Source: Balanoglossus misakiensis
Taxonomy: Eukaryota; Animalia; Hemichordata
Length of the DNA: 64,000 bases
NCBI GenBank assembly: GCA_040954595.2
Contig: CM082584.2
Location: 310,001 to 374,000, forward strand
Direction: 5' to 3'
Positions 39,047-53,313 of the stretch are shown here, piece by piece. Under the pieces are notes generated by a model that was not told where the DNA came from, made no database searches, and saw only the letters and a list, made by a program, of their open reading frames with translations. Each line of letters opens with the position of its first letter. Position 1 is the stretch's first letter. Made by a program: the position numbers and the translations under genes.

Positions 39047-40280
39047 TCATAGTTCCACCCTACGGTAATAAGCCACGCCCCCCTTAGTTACTGTTGCTAC
39101 GCCCCACAAGCTTCGAGCTTGTGGGACTTTGACCTCCATAGCTCCACAACGTGGATGGGGAAACTAGATTCATTCAGCGATAGTCTGCGCAACGTTCCTG
39201 GCGATATTTCTGTATGCTACCTACCAGAGTTAAAAAACCTATCCAAGAAGTCACAGGAAAAGGGTTTAATTAGGTATAATTCCCCCGTATTTCGAACGAA
39301 AGTGCCTGCATCGCGGACGATAGCGGCCGTATCCCCCGGGCCGCAGGCTATACTGGGAATGTCGAGTTCGCGACGCAGACACACGAGTGAGGAATACGGG
39401 GGAATTATATGTTTAGCACATACATAGACCAAGTGTCCATGAAATTGAGCTCCTTTGTGAATTTAAAACATTTCAGCGAAAAAATAGCACTATTTTAAAA
39501 CGATCGAAAGATCATGTTATGCGGTCGGCCCGGGTCACACGCAAACGGGCATTAAACCGCGATCAGCTGTAGCAGTGGCTATAGTACTAGTAATAACGGA
39601 CCTCGAAGGTTAAGTTTATCGTGCTATTTCTGAGTGAAATCAGACGAAATAAGAGACACAAGAGGTATCACTTCACCTGAAGATATTTTTGGTAGGTAAA
39701 TATGGGTGAAAGCACTGATAACACGGCGAATTCAGAAAACTACGTGAACGTTACTTGGATTGACAGCGGGCGGCCCCATTGTTTACAACGCCGGACATTT
39801 TATAACGGGTCGAACAACATTGACTTTTCGAATGGAAATTGCAAGCAGCATATGAATTTCAAAATTTTCAAACACTTTAGCAATAAAATCTTGGTTAAAT
39901 ATTTATATTGAAGACGTGTCAGTTTAAAATCTAAACGCAAACTGTTAATATCCACCACCTGAGACACCTCTCTCTTTGCGTTTTTGGCTTCGGAAACGGA
40001 ACAAAAAAATATACTCGATGTTGGGTCAAGGTACCTTTCATCTGATTTACACGTCCCCCAGGCGCATCTCTTCACTATTCTGGCCGATATTTTAAAACCA
40101 TTAAGTTCCTAAAACTGAAAAAACTCTTCCAGTCTGTCTATCTCTACCTGAGCGTGTACTGTAGGCTGGGCCACGTTGTTGATTATATGTGGGACAAAAT
40201 GGCGGTTGTGTGAACAGCATGACTTTTCTCGGCTCTGATTGGCTGAGGGTTCAGTGTGATTGACAGCTGTGGAACCATGA
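39047..40280 (-). mobile_element. Internally deleted ISL2EU-like (PIF/Harbinger-related) DNA transposon with THAP remnant
   Basis: 12-bp TIRs TCATAGTTCCAC / GTGGAACCATGA with 1 mismatch, and a 2-bp AT duplication (39045-46 and 40281-82). Removing it restores the LINE frame TQCDIVNGFNEFFVQIG. Confidence 0.8.
39410..40075 (-). pseudogene. Disrupted THAP DNA-binding domain (transposase N-terminus)
   Basis: KRCAWGTCKSD, then frameshifted VPFPKPKTQRERCLRW, and YVCAKH (~39410-39430) together give the C2CH THAP signature. Confidence 0.7.
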
Positions 40281-41939
40281 ATTGTCAATGGGTTTAATGA
40301 GTTTTTTGTCCAAATTGGAGAGGCTCTTGCTAGTAGTATAACTCATTCAAACAAAAGTTACTTGTCATACTTATCACATTGTACATTGCATTCTTTTTTT
40401 CTTCAAGGAACCTCTGAACAAGAAGTTTTTAAATTACTTCAAGCATTAGATACGCGGAAGGCAGTGGGTTATGACTACATTAGCCCAAAATTGTTAATCA
40501 ATGCAGCATTATATATTTCTAAGCCTCTTAGTTATATTATCAATTTAACGATCACAACTTGAATTTTCCCAGATTCCTTAAAAATAGCAAAAGTGACTCC
40601 TATCTTCAAAAAAGGAGAGACGACTGATCCAGGTAATTTTAGACCAGTGTCTGTATTGCCACAAATTAGTAAAATTTTTGAAAAACTTATTAATAAGCAA
40701 ATTATTTCCTATTTTAACAAATTTGATTTACTGTACCCTTACCAGTATGGCTTCAGAGAGAATTATAGTACTAAATTGGCAATTGTGGAACTAGCACAGA
40801 AAATTCTGGACGAAATTGATATGGGAAATAAGGTTATCGGGATATTTCTTGACTTGAAGAAAGCATTTGACACCGCGAATCATGACATTTTGATAGACAA
40901 ACTGGACAATTATGGTGTTAGGGGACTCCCTAAAAATCTTTTTAGAAGCTATTTGACCAACAGAAGGCAACATGTAAATGTAAATGGGGTACGATCAGAT
41001 GAATTACAAATATCCTGTGGAGTTCCACAAGGTTCTGTGCTGGGTCCAACACTTTTTCTCATCTATGTAAATGATATAGCAGGGGCAGCAAGGTATTTTG
41101 ACACGCGTCTATTTGCAGACGATACCAGTCTATTTCATACATTTAATCCAAGAAATATAATAGATCTCTCAGAAGTTAATTCACAATTGAAAAATGTTAT
41201 AAACTGGTGTGATGCCAACAAATTAACTGTACACTCAAAGAAAACTGAATATGTTATTTTTAGAGGTAAGAACGTGTCAGTAGAGACAACAGGAGAAATT
41301 GATGTTAAAGGGGTAACAATAGACGAAGTACAAACAACTAAGTATATCGGTGTAGAAATAGACAATAAGTTAACATGGAAACATCACATTAGAAATGTAA
41401 ACAGAACGATTAGTATGAAGACTGGTATTCTTTATAGGTTAAGGGATGTTGTCCCACGACATATTCTTATACTATTGTACAATTGTTTTATCCTCCCACA
41501 CATTTCCTATGCTATAGAAACTTGGGGAAATACTTATTTATCTTTTTTGAGGCCAATACTTGTTACACAGAAAAGAATTGTACGTGTATTGGCGGGATCA
41601 GACCGTCTTGCACACTCTTCACCATTGTTTAATGAGTTACATATTTTGAATGTATACAAGCAACGTGATCTTCAACTGTCCTTGTTTGTTCATGATGCTC
41701 TTAATGGCAAGCTTCCACCAGGATTCTCAGAGTATTTCGTTCCTATTCAACACTCTTATCATACCAGATCAAAAGATATAGGTGATCTTTTTATTCCGAA
41801 ATATAACAGTAATGCTGGCCAACATTCCATAAAGTACACTGCAGCAAAGGTTTGGAATAAACTTCCTGAAAATATGCGCTCAACAAGGTCAACATTTTCA
41901 TTTAAGAAACATATGAAATCCTTGTTAGGAAAAGTATAG
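40281..41939 (+). pseudogene. LINE ORF2 part 3: reverse transcriptase (one premature stop at 40560-40562)
   Basis: Motifs KAVGYDYI, *IFPDSLKIAKVTPIFKKG, NFRPVSVL, QYGFR, DLKKAFDT, GVPQGSVLGP, LFADDT and KYIGV. Confidence 0.93.
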
Positions 41940-42135
41940 TTTGACTTTTATTTCTTCCTTTTGTATGTATTACTAACCAAGTGTTCTACTGTTCACCATG
42001 AGGGGATGGACTTGACTAGTGCGAATGCACTATTTTTCCTACCTCCTTTTTCACTTAAATAGTACATTTTCTTTTTCACCATTCGATGTAAAAAAATTGG
42101 AAGTGAAATAAATTTGATTGATTGATTGATTGATT

Positions 42136-45100
42136 GACTGGCGTAAGTTATCAACGGTGATTACGTCGGATTTCCTACGGCCTGGTTTAGCTGAAGCCCC
42201 GGCACTTTAGAGCGGAAACACGCGTACATTGACCACGATGATCAAGTCAGATCTCCTACGGCCTGGCTCGACTAAAACCCCGGCACACCATGACAGACAC
42301 TAGCGTTCGTTAGCAACGGTGGTCAAGTCGGATTTCCTTCGGCCTGGCTCTGCAAAAGACCCGACACTCTAGTACAAAGACGTTGGCTAAGTCGGGCAAA
42401 CCGAAGAGGGAAAGTCACAGCGGGTCAACACTCGACATTTGTTCGGGTAGGACTGCATTATTCCCTGTCAATTTATAGAGAAAGCTCGAATTTAACCAGG
42501 GCGTTTCAAACACCGACGTTAGTTGGGGGCACGGCCTGCAGTACTGCCGGGTAAGCTGACATCGGCGTACCGCATATAATGTAGGGGGGGGGGGGAACAG
42601 AACGGTTCAATACTACATTTATTAGATATCAGCTAATTTTGGACAATCATCTAAAATCTAAATCATTTTTTCATATTTGGATATCTGATGATGTATGAAA
42701 TTTCCATTATATGTAAAAATGGTGCTGATTATAAAAAATGCACTCTGAATGAGCTGATTTAATACAAAATTGCGTTTTATTCGTTTTTGCACCAAAAAGG
42801 TCATTTTTAGGCAAAACAGTCTTTATTTTTTTAATTCGGTGACCTGATCATATATAAACAATTGCTTGTATGTTTAAAGTTTTTATGACTTTTAAAAGCA
42901 GTGACACTGGCGGCATTCAACACGAAAATAACAATTTTAGCCACAATTTGGTCAAAATGGTAAATTTTTGAAAATTACAAAAAATACCTGTTTTCTACAT
43001 TTTCGGAAATCTGATGGAGTATAGAATGCTCTTCGTATGTATATATCGATACAAATTCCACAAAAGACCGTCTAATGTGGCTCACTGCAGACAAAATTGC
43101 TTTTTACCAAATTTTCCTTGAAAATGTCATTTTTAGAAAAAAAACTAAAAAAACCTTTGTTCTTCGAATTTGGTGCCCTGATCATATATGACATGTTGAT
43201 TGTATGTTAGAACTCTCGACCACTCCAAAAATGCAGAGATATTGACGGAATTCAAGAAAAATAGCCATTTTGGCCATATTTTGACAAAAATGGTAAATTT
43301 TTGAAAAATCATAAAAAATTAAGCCTTTTCTTCATTTTCGGAAATATTATGGAGCATGAAGTGTCGTTCTCTTGTAAAAAGTGCTGCAAATTCCAGCAAA
43401 GGCGGTATAATTTGAATCACCCAAGACAAAATTGCAATTTTTCGACTTTTTTTCGAAAAATTGTCTTTTTTACAAAATAAATAAGAATAAATTCTTTTCT
43501 TAGTTTCAAACGGGTAGAGATACTTTCTACACGGGTTTTCTAACATTGAATTCACGTTCATCAACTCAGATTTCCTACAGCATAAGTCGGCTAAAACCCT
43601 GACACTCTAGAGCAGAAACAGTTGCACACTGGTAACGTTGAACAAGTCGATTTTTCTACGGCCTGGCTCGGCTAAATCTCCGTCACAATATGACAGAAAC
43701 TAGCGTAGGTTAGCAACGGTGATCAAGTCAGATTTTCTACGGCATGGCTTGGATAAAGCCCCGGCACTCTAGAGCAGAAACACGCGTACAGAGACCACGT
43801 TGATCAAGTCTGATCTACGGCTTGGCTCGACTAAAACCCCGGCACACTATGACAGACACTAGCGTTCGTTAGCAACGTTGATCAAGTCATATTTCCTACG
43901 GCATGGCTTGGCTAAAGCCCTGGCCCTCTAGAGCAGAAACACGCGTACAGAGAACACGTTGATCTACTCACATTTCCTTCGGCCTGGCACGGCTGATGCC
44001 CCGGCACTATATATAGGACACAGACTGGCGTAAGTTAACAACGGTAATCACGTCGGGTTTCCTACGGCCTGGCTCAGCTGAAGCCCCGGCACTCTAGAGC
44101 AGAAACAGGCTTACATTGACCACGTTGATCAAGTCAGATTTCCTACGGCGTGACTCGGCTGGTGCACCGGCTCTATATGACACAGACTGGCGTAAGTTAT
44201 CAACGGTGATTACGTCGGATTTCCTACGGTCTGGTTTAGCTGAAGCCCCGGCACTTTAGAGCGGAAACACGCGTACATTGACCACGATGATCAAGTCAGA
44301 TCTCCTATGGCTTGGCTCGACTAAAACCCCGGAACACTATGACAGACACTAGCGTTCGTTAGCAACGTTGATCAAGTCAGATTTCCTACGGCATGGCTTG
44401 GCTAAAGCCCTGGCACTCTAGAGCAGAAACACGCGTACAGAGAACACGTTGATCTACTCACATTTCCTTCGGCCTGGCACGGCTGATGCCCCGGCACTAT
44501 ATATAGGACACAGACTGGCGTAAGTTAACAACGGTAATCACGTCGGGTTTCCTACGGCCTGGCTCAGCTGAAGCCCCGGCACTCTAGAGTAGAAACAGGC
44601 TTACATTGACCACGTTGATCAAGTCAGATTTCCTACGGCGTGACTCGGCTGGTGCACCGGCTCTATATGACACAGACTGGCGTAAGTTATCAACGGTGAT
44701 TACGCCGGATTTCCTACGGTCTGGTTTAGCTGAAGCCCCGGCACTTTAGAGCGGAAACACGCGTACATTGACCACGATGATCAAGTCAGATCTCTTACGG
44801 CTTGGCTCGACTAAAACCCCGGCACACTATGACAGACACTAGCGTTCGTTAGCAACGTTGATCAAGTCAGATTTCCTACGGCATGGCTTGGCTAAAGCCC
44901 TGGCACTCTAGAGCAGAAACACGCGTACAGAGAACACGTTGATCTACTCACATTTCCTTCGGCCTGGCACGGCTGATGCCCCGGCACTATATATAGGACA
45001 CAGACTGGCGTAAGTTAACAACGGTAATCACGTCGGGTTTCCTACGGCCTGGCTCAGCTGAAGCCCCGGCACTCTAGAGCAGAAACAGGCTTACATTGAC

Positions 45101-48100
45101 CACGTTGATCAAGTCAGATTTCCTACGGCGTGACTCGGCTGGTGCACCGGCTCTATATGACACAGACTGGCGTAAGTTATCAACGGTGATTACGTCGGAT
45201 TTCCTACGGTCTGGTTTAGCTGAAGCCCCGGCACTTTAGAGCGGAAACACGCGCACATTGACCACGATGATCAAGTCAGTTCTCCTACGGCCTGGCTCGA
45301 CTAAAACCCCGGTACACCATGACAGACACTAGCGTTCGTTAGCAACGGTGATCAAGTCGGATTTCCTTCGGCCTGGCTCTGCAAAAGACCCGACACTCTA
45401 GTACAAAGACGTTGGCTAAGTCGGGCAAACCGAAGAGGGAAAGTCACAGCGGGTCAACACTCGACATTTATTCGGGTAGGACTGCATTATTGCCTGTCAA
45501 TTTATAGAGAAAGCCCGAATTTAACCAGGGCGCTTCAAACACCGACGTTAGTTGGGAGCACGGCCTGCAGTACTGCCGGGTAAGCTGACATCGGCGTACC
45601 GCATATAATGTAGGGGGGGGGAACAGAACGGTTCAATACTACATTTATTAGATATCAGCTTATTTTGGACAATCATCTAAAATCTAAATCATTTTTTCAT
45701 ATTTGGATATCTGATGATGTATGAAATTTCCATTATATGTAAAAATGGTGCTTATTATAAAACATGCACTCTGAATGAACTGATTTAATACAAGATTGTG
45801 TTTTATTCGTTTTTGCACCAAAAAGTTCATTTTTAGGCAAAACATTCTTTATTTTTTTAATTCGGTGACCTGATCATATATAAACAATTGCTTGTATGTT
45901 AAAAGTTTTTATGACTTTTAAAAGTAGTGACACTGGCGGCATTCATCACGAAAATAACAATTTTAGCCACAATTTGGTCAAAATGGTAAATTTTTGAAAA
46001 TTACAAAAAATACCTGTTTTCTACATTTTCGGAAATCTGATGGAGTATAGAATGCTCTTCGTATGTATATATCGATACAAATTCCACAAATGACCGTCTA
46101 ATTTGGCTCACTGCAGACAAAATTGCGTTTTACCAAATTTTCCTTGAAAATGTCATTTTTAGAAGAAAAAAAATAAAAAACCTTTGTTCTTCGAATTTGG
46201 TGCCTGATCATATATGACATGTTGATTGTATGTTAAAACTTGCGACCACTCCAAAAATGCTGAGATATTGACGGAATTCAAGAAAAAATAGCCATTTTGG
46301 CCATATTTTGACAAAAATGGAAAATTTATAAAAAAATCTTAAAAAATTAACTCTTTTCTTCATTTTCGGAAATATTATGGAGCATGAAGTGTCGTTCTCT
46401 TGTAAAAAGTGCTGCAAATTCTAGAAAAGGCGGTATAATTTGAATCACCCAAGACAAAATTACCATTTTCGACTTTTTTTCGAAAAATTGTCTTTTTTAC
46501 AAAATAAATAAGAATAAATTCTTTTCTTAGTTTCAAACGGGTAGAGATACTTTCCACGCGGGTTTTCTAACATTGAAATCCCGTTCATCAACTCAGATTT
46601 CCTACAGCATAAGTCGGCTAAAACCCTGACACTCTAGAGCAGAAACAGTTGCACACTGGTAACGATGAACAAGTTGAATTTTCTACGGCCTGGCTCGGCT
46701 AAATCTCCGTCACAATATGACAGACACTATAGCGTACGTTAGCAACGGTGATCAAGTCAGATTTTCTACGGCATGGCTTGGATAAAGCCCCGGCACTCTA
46801 GAGCAGAAACACGCGTACAGAGACCACGTTGATCAAGTCTGATCTCCTACGGCTTGGCTCGACTAAAACCCCGGCACACTATGACAGACACTAGCGTTCG
46901 TTAGCAACGTTGATCAAGTCAGATTTCCTACGGCATGGCTTGGCTAAAGCCCTGGCACTCTAGAGCAGAAACACGCGTACAGAGACCACGTCGATCTACT
47001 CACATTTCCTTCGGCCTGGCACGGCTGATGCCCCGGCACTATATATAGGACACAGACTGGCGTAAGTTAACAACGGTAATCACGTCGGGTTTCCTACGGC
47101 CTGGCTCAGCTGAAGCCCCGGCACTCTAGAGCAGAAACAGGTGTACATTGACCACGTTGATCAAGTCAGATTTCCTACGGCATGACTCGGCTGGTGCACC
47201 GGCTCTATATGACACAGACTGGCGTAAGTTATCAACGGTGATTACGTCGTATTTCCTACGGCCTGGTTTAGCTGAAGACCCTGGCACTTTAGAGCGGAAA
47301 CACGCGTACATTGACCACGATGATCAAGTCAGATCTCCTACGGCTTGGCTCGACTAAAACCCCGGCACAATATGACAGACACTAGCGTTCGTTAGCAACG
47401 TTGATCAAGTCAGATTTCCTACGGCATGGCTTGGCTAAAGCCCTGGCATTGTAGAGCAGAAACACGCGTACAGAGACCACATTGATCTACTCACATTTCC
47501 TTAGGCCTGGCACGGCTGATGCCCCGGCACTATATATAGGACACAGACTGGCGTAAGTTAACAGCGGTAATCACGTCGGGTTTCCTACGGCATGACTCGG
47601 CTGGTGCACCGGCTCTATATGACACAGACTGGCGTAAGTTATCAACGGTGATTACGTCGTATTTCCTACGGCCTGGTTTAGCTGAAGACCCTGGCACTTT
47701 AGAGCGGAAACACGCGTACATTGACCACGATGATCAAGTCAGATCTCCTACGGCTTGGCTCGACTAAAACCCCGGCACAATATGACAGACACTAGCGTTC
47801 GTTAGCAACGTTGATCAAGTCAGATTTCCTACGGCATGGCTTGGCTAAAGCCCTGGCATTGTAGAGCAGAAACACGCGTACAGAGACCACATTGATCTAC
47901 TCACATTTCCTTAGGCCTGGCACGGCTGATGCCCCGGCACTATATATAGGACACAGACTGGCGTAAGTTAACAGCGGTAATCACGTCGGGTTTCCTACGG
48001 CCTGGATCAGCTGAAGCCCCGGCACTCTAGAGCAGAAACAGGCGTACATTGACCACGTTGATCAAGTCAGATTTCCTACGGCCTGGCTCGACTAAAACCC

Positions 48101-51100
48101 CGGCACACCATGACAGACACTAGCGTTCGTTAGCAACGGTGATCAAGTCGGATTTCCTTCGCCCTGGCTCGGCAAAAGACCCGACACTCTAGTACAAAGA
48201 CGTTGGCTAAGTCGGGCAAACCGAAGAGGGAAAGTCACAGCGGGTCAACACTCGACATTTGTTCGGGTAGGACTGCATTATTGCCTGTCAATTTATTGAG
48301 AAAGCCCGAATTTAACACGGGCGTTTCAAACACCGACGTTAGTTGGGGGCACGGCCTGCAGTACTGCCGGGTAAGCTGACATCGGCGGACCGCATATAAT
48401 GTAGGGGGGGGGGGGAAACAGAACGGTTGAATACTACATTTATTAGATATCAGCTAATTTTGGACAATCATCTAAATCATTTTTTTCATATTTGGATATC
48501 TGATGATGTATGAATTTTCATTATATATGTGAAAATGGTGCTGATTATAAAAAATGCACTCTGATTTAATACAAAATTGCGTTTTATTCGTTTTTGCACC
48601 AAAAAGGTCATTTCTAGGCAAACAATTCTTTATTTTTTTAATTCGGTGACCTGATCATATATAAAGAATTGCTTGTATGTTAAAAGTTTTTATGACTTTT
48701 AAAAGCAGTGACACTGGCGGCATTCAACACGAAAATAACAATTTTAGCCACAATTTGGTCAAAATGGTAAATTTTTGAAAATTACAAAAAATACCTGTTT
48801 TCTACATTTTCGGAAATCTGATGGAGTATAGAATGCTCTTCGTATGTATATATCGATACAAATTCCACAAAAGACCGTCTAATTTGGCTCACGGCAGACA
48901 AAATTGCGTTTTACCAAATTTTCCTTGAAAATGTCATTTTTAGAAAAAAAAAAAACCTTTGTTCTTCGAATTTGGTGCCCTGATCATATATGACATGTTG
49001 ATTGTATGTTAAAACTTTCGACCACTCAAAAAATGCAGAGATATTGACGGAATTCAAGAAAAAATAGCCATTTTTGCCATATTTTGACAAAAATGGTAAA
49101 TTTTTAAAAAATCATAAAAAAATAACTCTTTTCTTCATTTTCGGAAATATTATGGAGCATGAAGTGTCGTTCTCTTGTAAAAAGTGCTGCAAATTCCAGA
49201 AAAGGCGGTATAATTTGAATCACCCAAGACAAAATTACCATTTTCGACTTTTTTTCGAAAAATTGTCTTTTTTACAAAATAAATAAGAATAAATTCTTTT
49301 CTTAGTTTCAAACGGGTAGAGATACTTTCCACACGGGTTTTCTAACATTGAATTCCCGTTCATCAACTCAGATTTCCTACAGCATAAGTCGGCTAAAACC
49401 CTGACACTCTAGAGCAGAAACAGTTGCACACTGGTAACGTTGAACAAGTCGATTTTTCTACGGCCTGGCTCGGCTAAATCTCCGTCACAATATGACAGAC
49501 ACTAGCGAACGTTAGCAACGGTGATCAAGTCAGATTTTCTACGGCATGGCTTGGATAAAGCCCCGGCACTCTAGAGCAGAAACAGGCGTACACTGACAAC
49601 GTTGATCAAGTCAGATTTCCTACGGCGTGACTCGGCTGGTGCACCGGCTCTATATGACACAGACGTAAGTTATCAACGGTGACTACGTCGGGTTTCCTAC
49701 GGCCTGGTTTAGCTGAAGCCCCGGCACTTTAGAGCTGAAACACGCGTACATTGACCACGATGATCAAGTCAGATCTCCTACGGCCTGGCTCGACTAAAAC
49801 CCCGGCACACCATGACAGACACTAGCCATCGTTAGCAACGGTGATCAAGTCGGATTTCCTTCGGCCTGGCTCTGCAAAAGACCCGACACTCTAGTACAAA
49901 GACGTTGGCTAAGTCGGGCAAACCGAAGAGGGAAAGTCACAGCGGGTCAACACTCGACATTTGTTCGGGTAGGACTGCATTATTCCCTGTCAATTTATAG
50001 AGAAAGCCCGAATTTAACCAGGGCGTTTCAAACACCGACGTTAGTTGGGGGCACGGCCTGCAGTACTGACATCGGCGTACCGCACATAATGTAGGGGGGG
50101 GGAGGACGGTTCAATACTACATTTATTAGATATCAGCTAATTTTTGACAATCATTTAAAATCTAAAATATTTGGATATCTGATGATGTATGAAATTTCCA
50201 TTATATGTGAAAATGGTGCTGATTATAAAAAATGCACTCTGATTTAATACAAAATTGCGTTTTATTCGTTTTTGCACCAAAAAGGTCATTTTTAGGCAAA
50301 ACATTCATTATTTTTTTAATTCGGTGACCTGATCATATATAAACAATTGCTTGTATGTTAAAAGTTTTTATGTCTTTTAAAAGCAGTGACACTGGCGGCA
50401 TTCAACACGAAAATAACAATTTTAGCCACAATTTGGTCAAAATGGTAAATTTTTGAAAATTACAAAAAATACCTGTTTTCTACATTTTCGGAAATCTGAA
50501 GGAGTATAGAATGCTCTTTGTATGTATATATCGATACAAATTCCACAAAAGACCGTCTAATTTGGCTCACTGCAGACAAAATTGCGTTTTACCAACTTTT
50601 CCTTGAAAATGTCATATTTAGAAAAATAAAATAAAAAAACCTTTGTTCTTCGAATTTGGTGCCCTGATCATATATGACATGTTGATTGTATGTTAAAACT
50701 TTCGACCACTCCAAAAATGCAGAGATACTGACGGAATTCAATAAAAAATAGCCATTTTGGCCATATTTTGTCAAAAATGGTAATTTTTTAAAAAAATCAT
50801 AAAAAACTAACTCTTTTCTTCATTTTCGGAAATATTGTGGAGCATGAAGTGTCGTTCTCTTGTAAAAAAATGCTGCAAATTCCAGAAAAGGCGGTATAAT
50901 CACCCAAGACAAAATTACCATTTTCGACTTTTTTTCGAAAAATTTTCTTTTTTGCAAAATAAATAAGAATAAATTCTTTTCTTAGTTTCAAACGGGTAGA
51001 GATACTTTCCACACGGGTTTTCTAACATTGAATTCCCGTTCATCAACTCAGATTTCCCACAGCATAAGTCGGCTAAAACCCTAACACTCTAGAGCAGAAA

Positions 51101-53181
51101 GAGTTGCACACTGGTAACGTTGAACAAGTCGATTTTTCTACGGCCTGGCTCGGCTAAATCTCCGTCACAATATGACAGACACTAGCGTACGTTAGCAACG
51201 GTGATCAAGTCAGATTTTCTACGGCATGGGTTGGATAAAGCCCCGACACTCTAGAGCAGAAACACGCGTACAGAGACCACGTTGATCAAGTCTGATCTCC
51301 TACGGCTTGGCTCGACTAAAACCCCGGCACACTATGACAGACACTAGCGTTCGTTAGCAACGTTGATCAAGTCAGATTTCCTACGGCATGGCTTGGCTAA
51401 AGCCCCGGCACTCTAGAGCAGAAACACGCGTACGGAGACCACGTTGATCTACTCACATTTCCTTCGGCCTGGCACGGCTGATGCCCCGGCACTATATATA
51501 GGACACAGACTGGCGTAAGTTAACAACGGTAATCACGTCGGGTTTCCTACGGCCTGGCTCAGCTGAAGCCCGAGCATTCTAGAGCGGAAACAGGCGTACA
51601 TTGACCACGTTGATCAAGTCAGATTTCCTACGGCGTGACTCGGCTGGTGCACCGGCTCTATATGACACAGACTGGCGTAAGTTATCAACGGTGATTACGT
51701 CGGATGTCCTACGGCCTGGTTTAGCTGAAGCCCCGGCACTTTAGAGCGGAAACACGCGTACATTGACCACGATGATCAAGTCAGATCTCCTACGGCCTGG
51801 CTCGACTAAAACCCCGGCACACCATGACAGACACTAGCGTTCGTTAGCAACGGTGATCAAGTCGGATTTCCTTCGGCCTGGCTCTGCAAAAGACCCGACA
51901 CTCTAGTACAAAGACGTTGGCTAAGTCGGGCAAACCGAAGAGGGAAAGTCACAGCGGGTCAACACTCGACATTTGTTCCGGTAGGACTGCATTATTGCCG
52001 GTAAATTTATAGAGAAAGCCCGAATTTAACCAGGGCGTTTCAAACACCGACGTTAGTTGGGGGGGGGGGGGGGGCACGGCCTGCAGTACTGCCGGGTAAG
52101 CTGACATCGGCGTACCGCATATAATGTAGGGGGGGGGAACAGAACGGTTCAATACTACATTTATTAGATATCAGCTAATTTTGGACAATCATCCAAAATC
52201 TAAATCATTTTTTCATATTTGGATATCTGATGATGTATGAAATTTCTATTATATGTAAAAATGGTGCTGATTCTAAAAAATGCACTATGAATGAGCTGAT
52301 TTAATACAAAATTGCGTTTTATTCGTTTTTGCACCAAAAAGGTCATTTTTAGGCAAAACATTCTTTATTTTTTTAATTCGGTGACCTGATCATATATAAA
52401 CAATTGCTTGTATGTTAAAAGTTTTTATGACTTTTAAAAGCAGTGACACTGGCGGCATTCAACACGAAAATAACAATTTATTTTTTTAATTCGGTGACCT
52501 GATCATATATAAACAATTGCTTGCATGTTAAAAGTTTTTATGACTTTTAAAAGCAGTGACACTGGCGGCATTTAACACGAAAATAACAATTTTAGCCACA
52601 ATTTGGTCAAAATGGTAAATTTTTGAAAATTACAAAAAATACCTGTTTTCTACATTTTCGGAAATCTGATGGAGTATAGAATCCTCTTCGTATATATATA
52701 TCGATACAAATTCCACAAAAAAACGGCCAATTTGGCTCACCGCAGACAATTTTTTTTAATTCGGTGACCTGATCATATATAAACAATTGCTTGTATGTTA
52801 AAAGTTTTTATGACTTTTAAAAGCAGTGACACTGGCGGCATTCAACACGAAAATAACAATTTTAGCCACAATTTGGTCAAAATAGTAAATTTTTGGAAAT
52901 TACAAAAAACACCTGTTTTCTACATTTTCGGAAATCTGATGGAGTATAGAATGCTCTTCGTATGTATATATCGATACAAATTCCACAAAAGACAGTCTAA
53001 TTTGGCTCACTGCAGACAAAATTGCGTTTTACCAAATTTTTCTTGAAAATGTCATTTTTAGAAAAAAATAAAAAACCTTTGTTCTTCGAATTTGGTGCCC
53101 TGATCATATATGACATGTTGATTGTATGTTAAAACTTTCGACCTCTCCAAAAATGCAGAGATATTGACGGAATTCAAGAAA
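42136..53181. repeat. Macrosatellite, diverged units with monomer-block expansions and contractions
   Basis: Landmarks are at ~42370, 45399, 48190, 49880 and 51904. There is a 490-bp triplication (gatctactca at 43961, 44451, 44941) and partial AT-block duplications at ~52370-52760. Confidence 0.96.
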
Positions 53182-53313
53182 CAAGTGACCTATTGGTCAA
53201 AAGAGCTCTGCTGACTTTAACAGTGTAACCTGGGCAATGATATGAATACAGAATACCATAGGTTTTAATTTATAACAATTGTATTCTATTAAACAAAACC
53301 AAACATAGACATC

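Larger units (their letters stand above)
34885..42135 (+). mobile_element. 5'-truncated L2/Crack (CR1-group) LINE interrupted by nested insertions
   Basis: ORF1 C-terminus (SFWPPNVFCRQW), APE-EN plus RT ORF2, and a 3' UTR with a stem-loop-like segment, aataaa and a (GATT)5 tail at 42116-42135. GACT flanks both sides (34881-34884 and 42136-42139) at the satellite site gacacaGACTggcg. Confidence 0.92.

Noticed and set aside
40593-41939. RT as a retron, DGR or group II intron-type novel system
   Set aside because: The motifs, upstream APE endonuclease and tandem-repeat tail identify an ordinary non-LTR retrotransposon.
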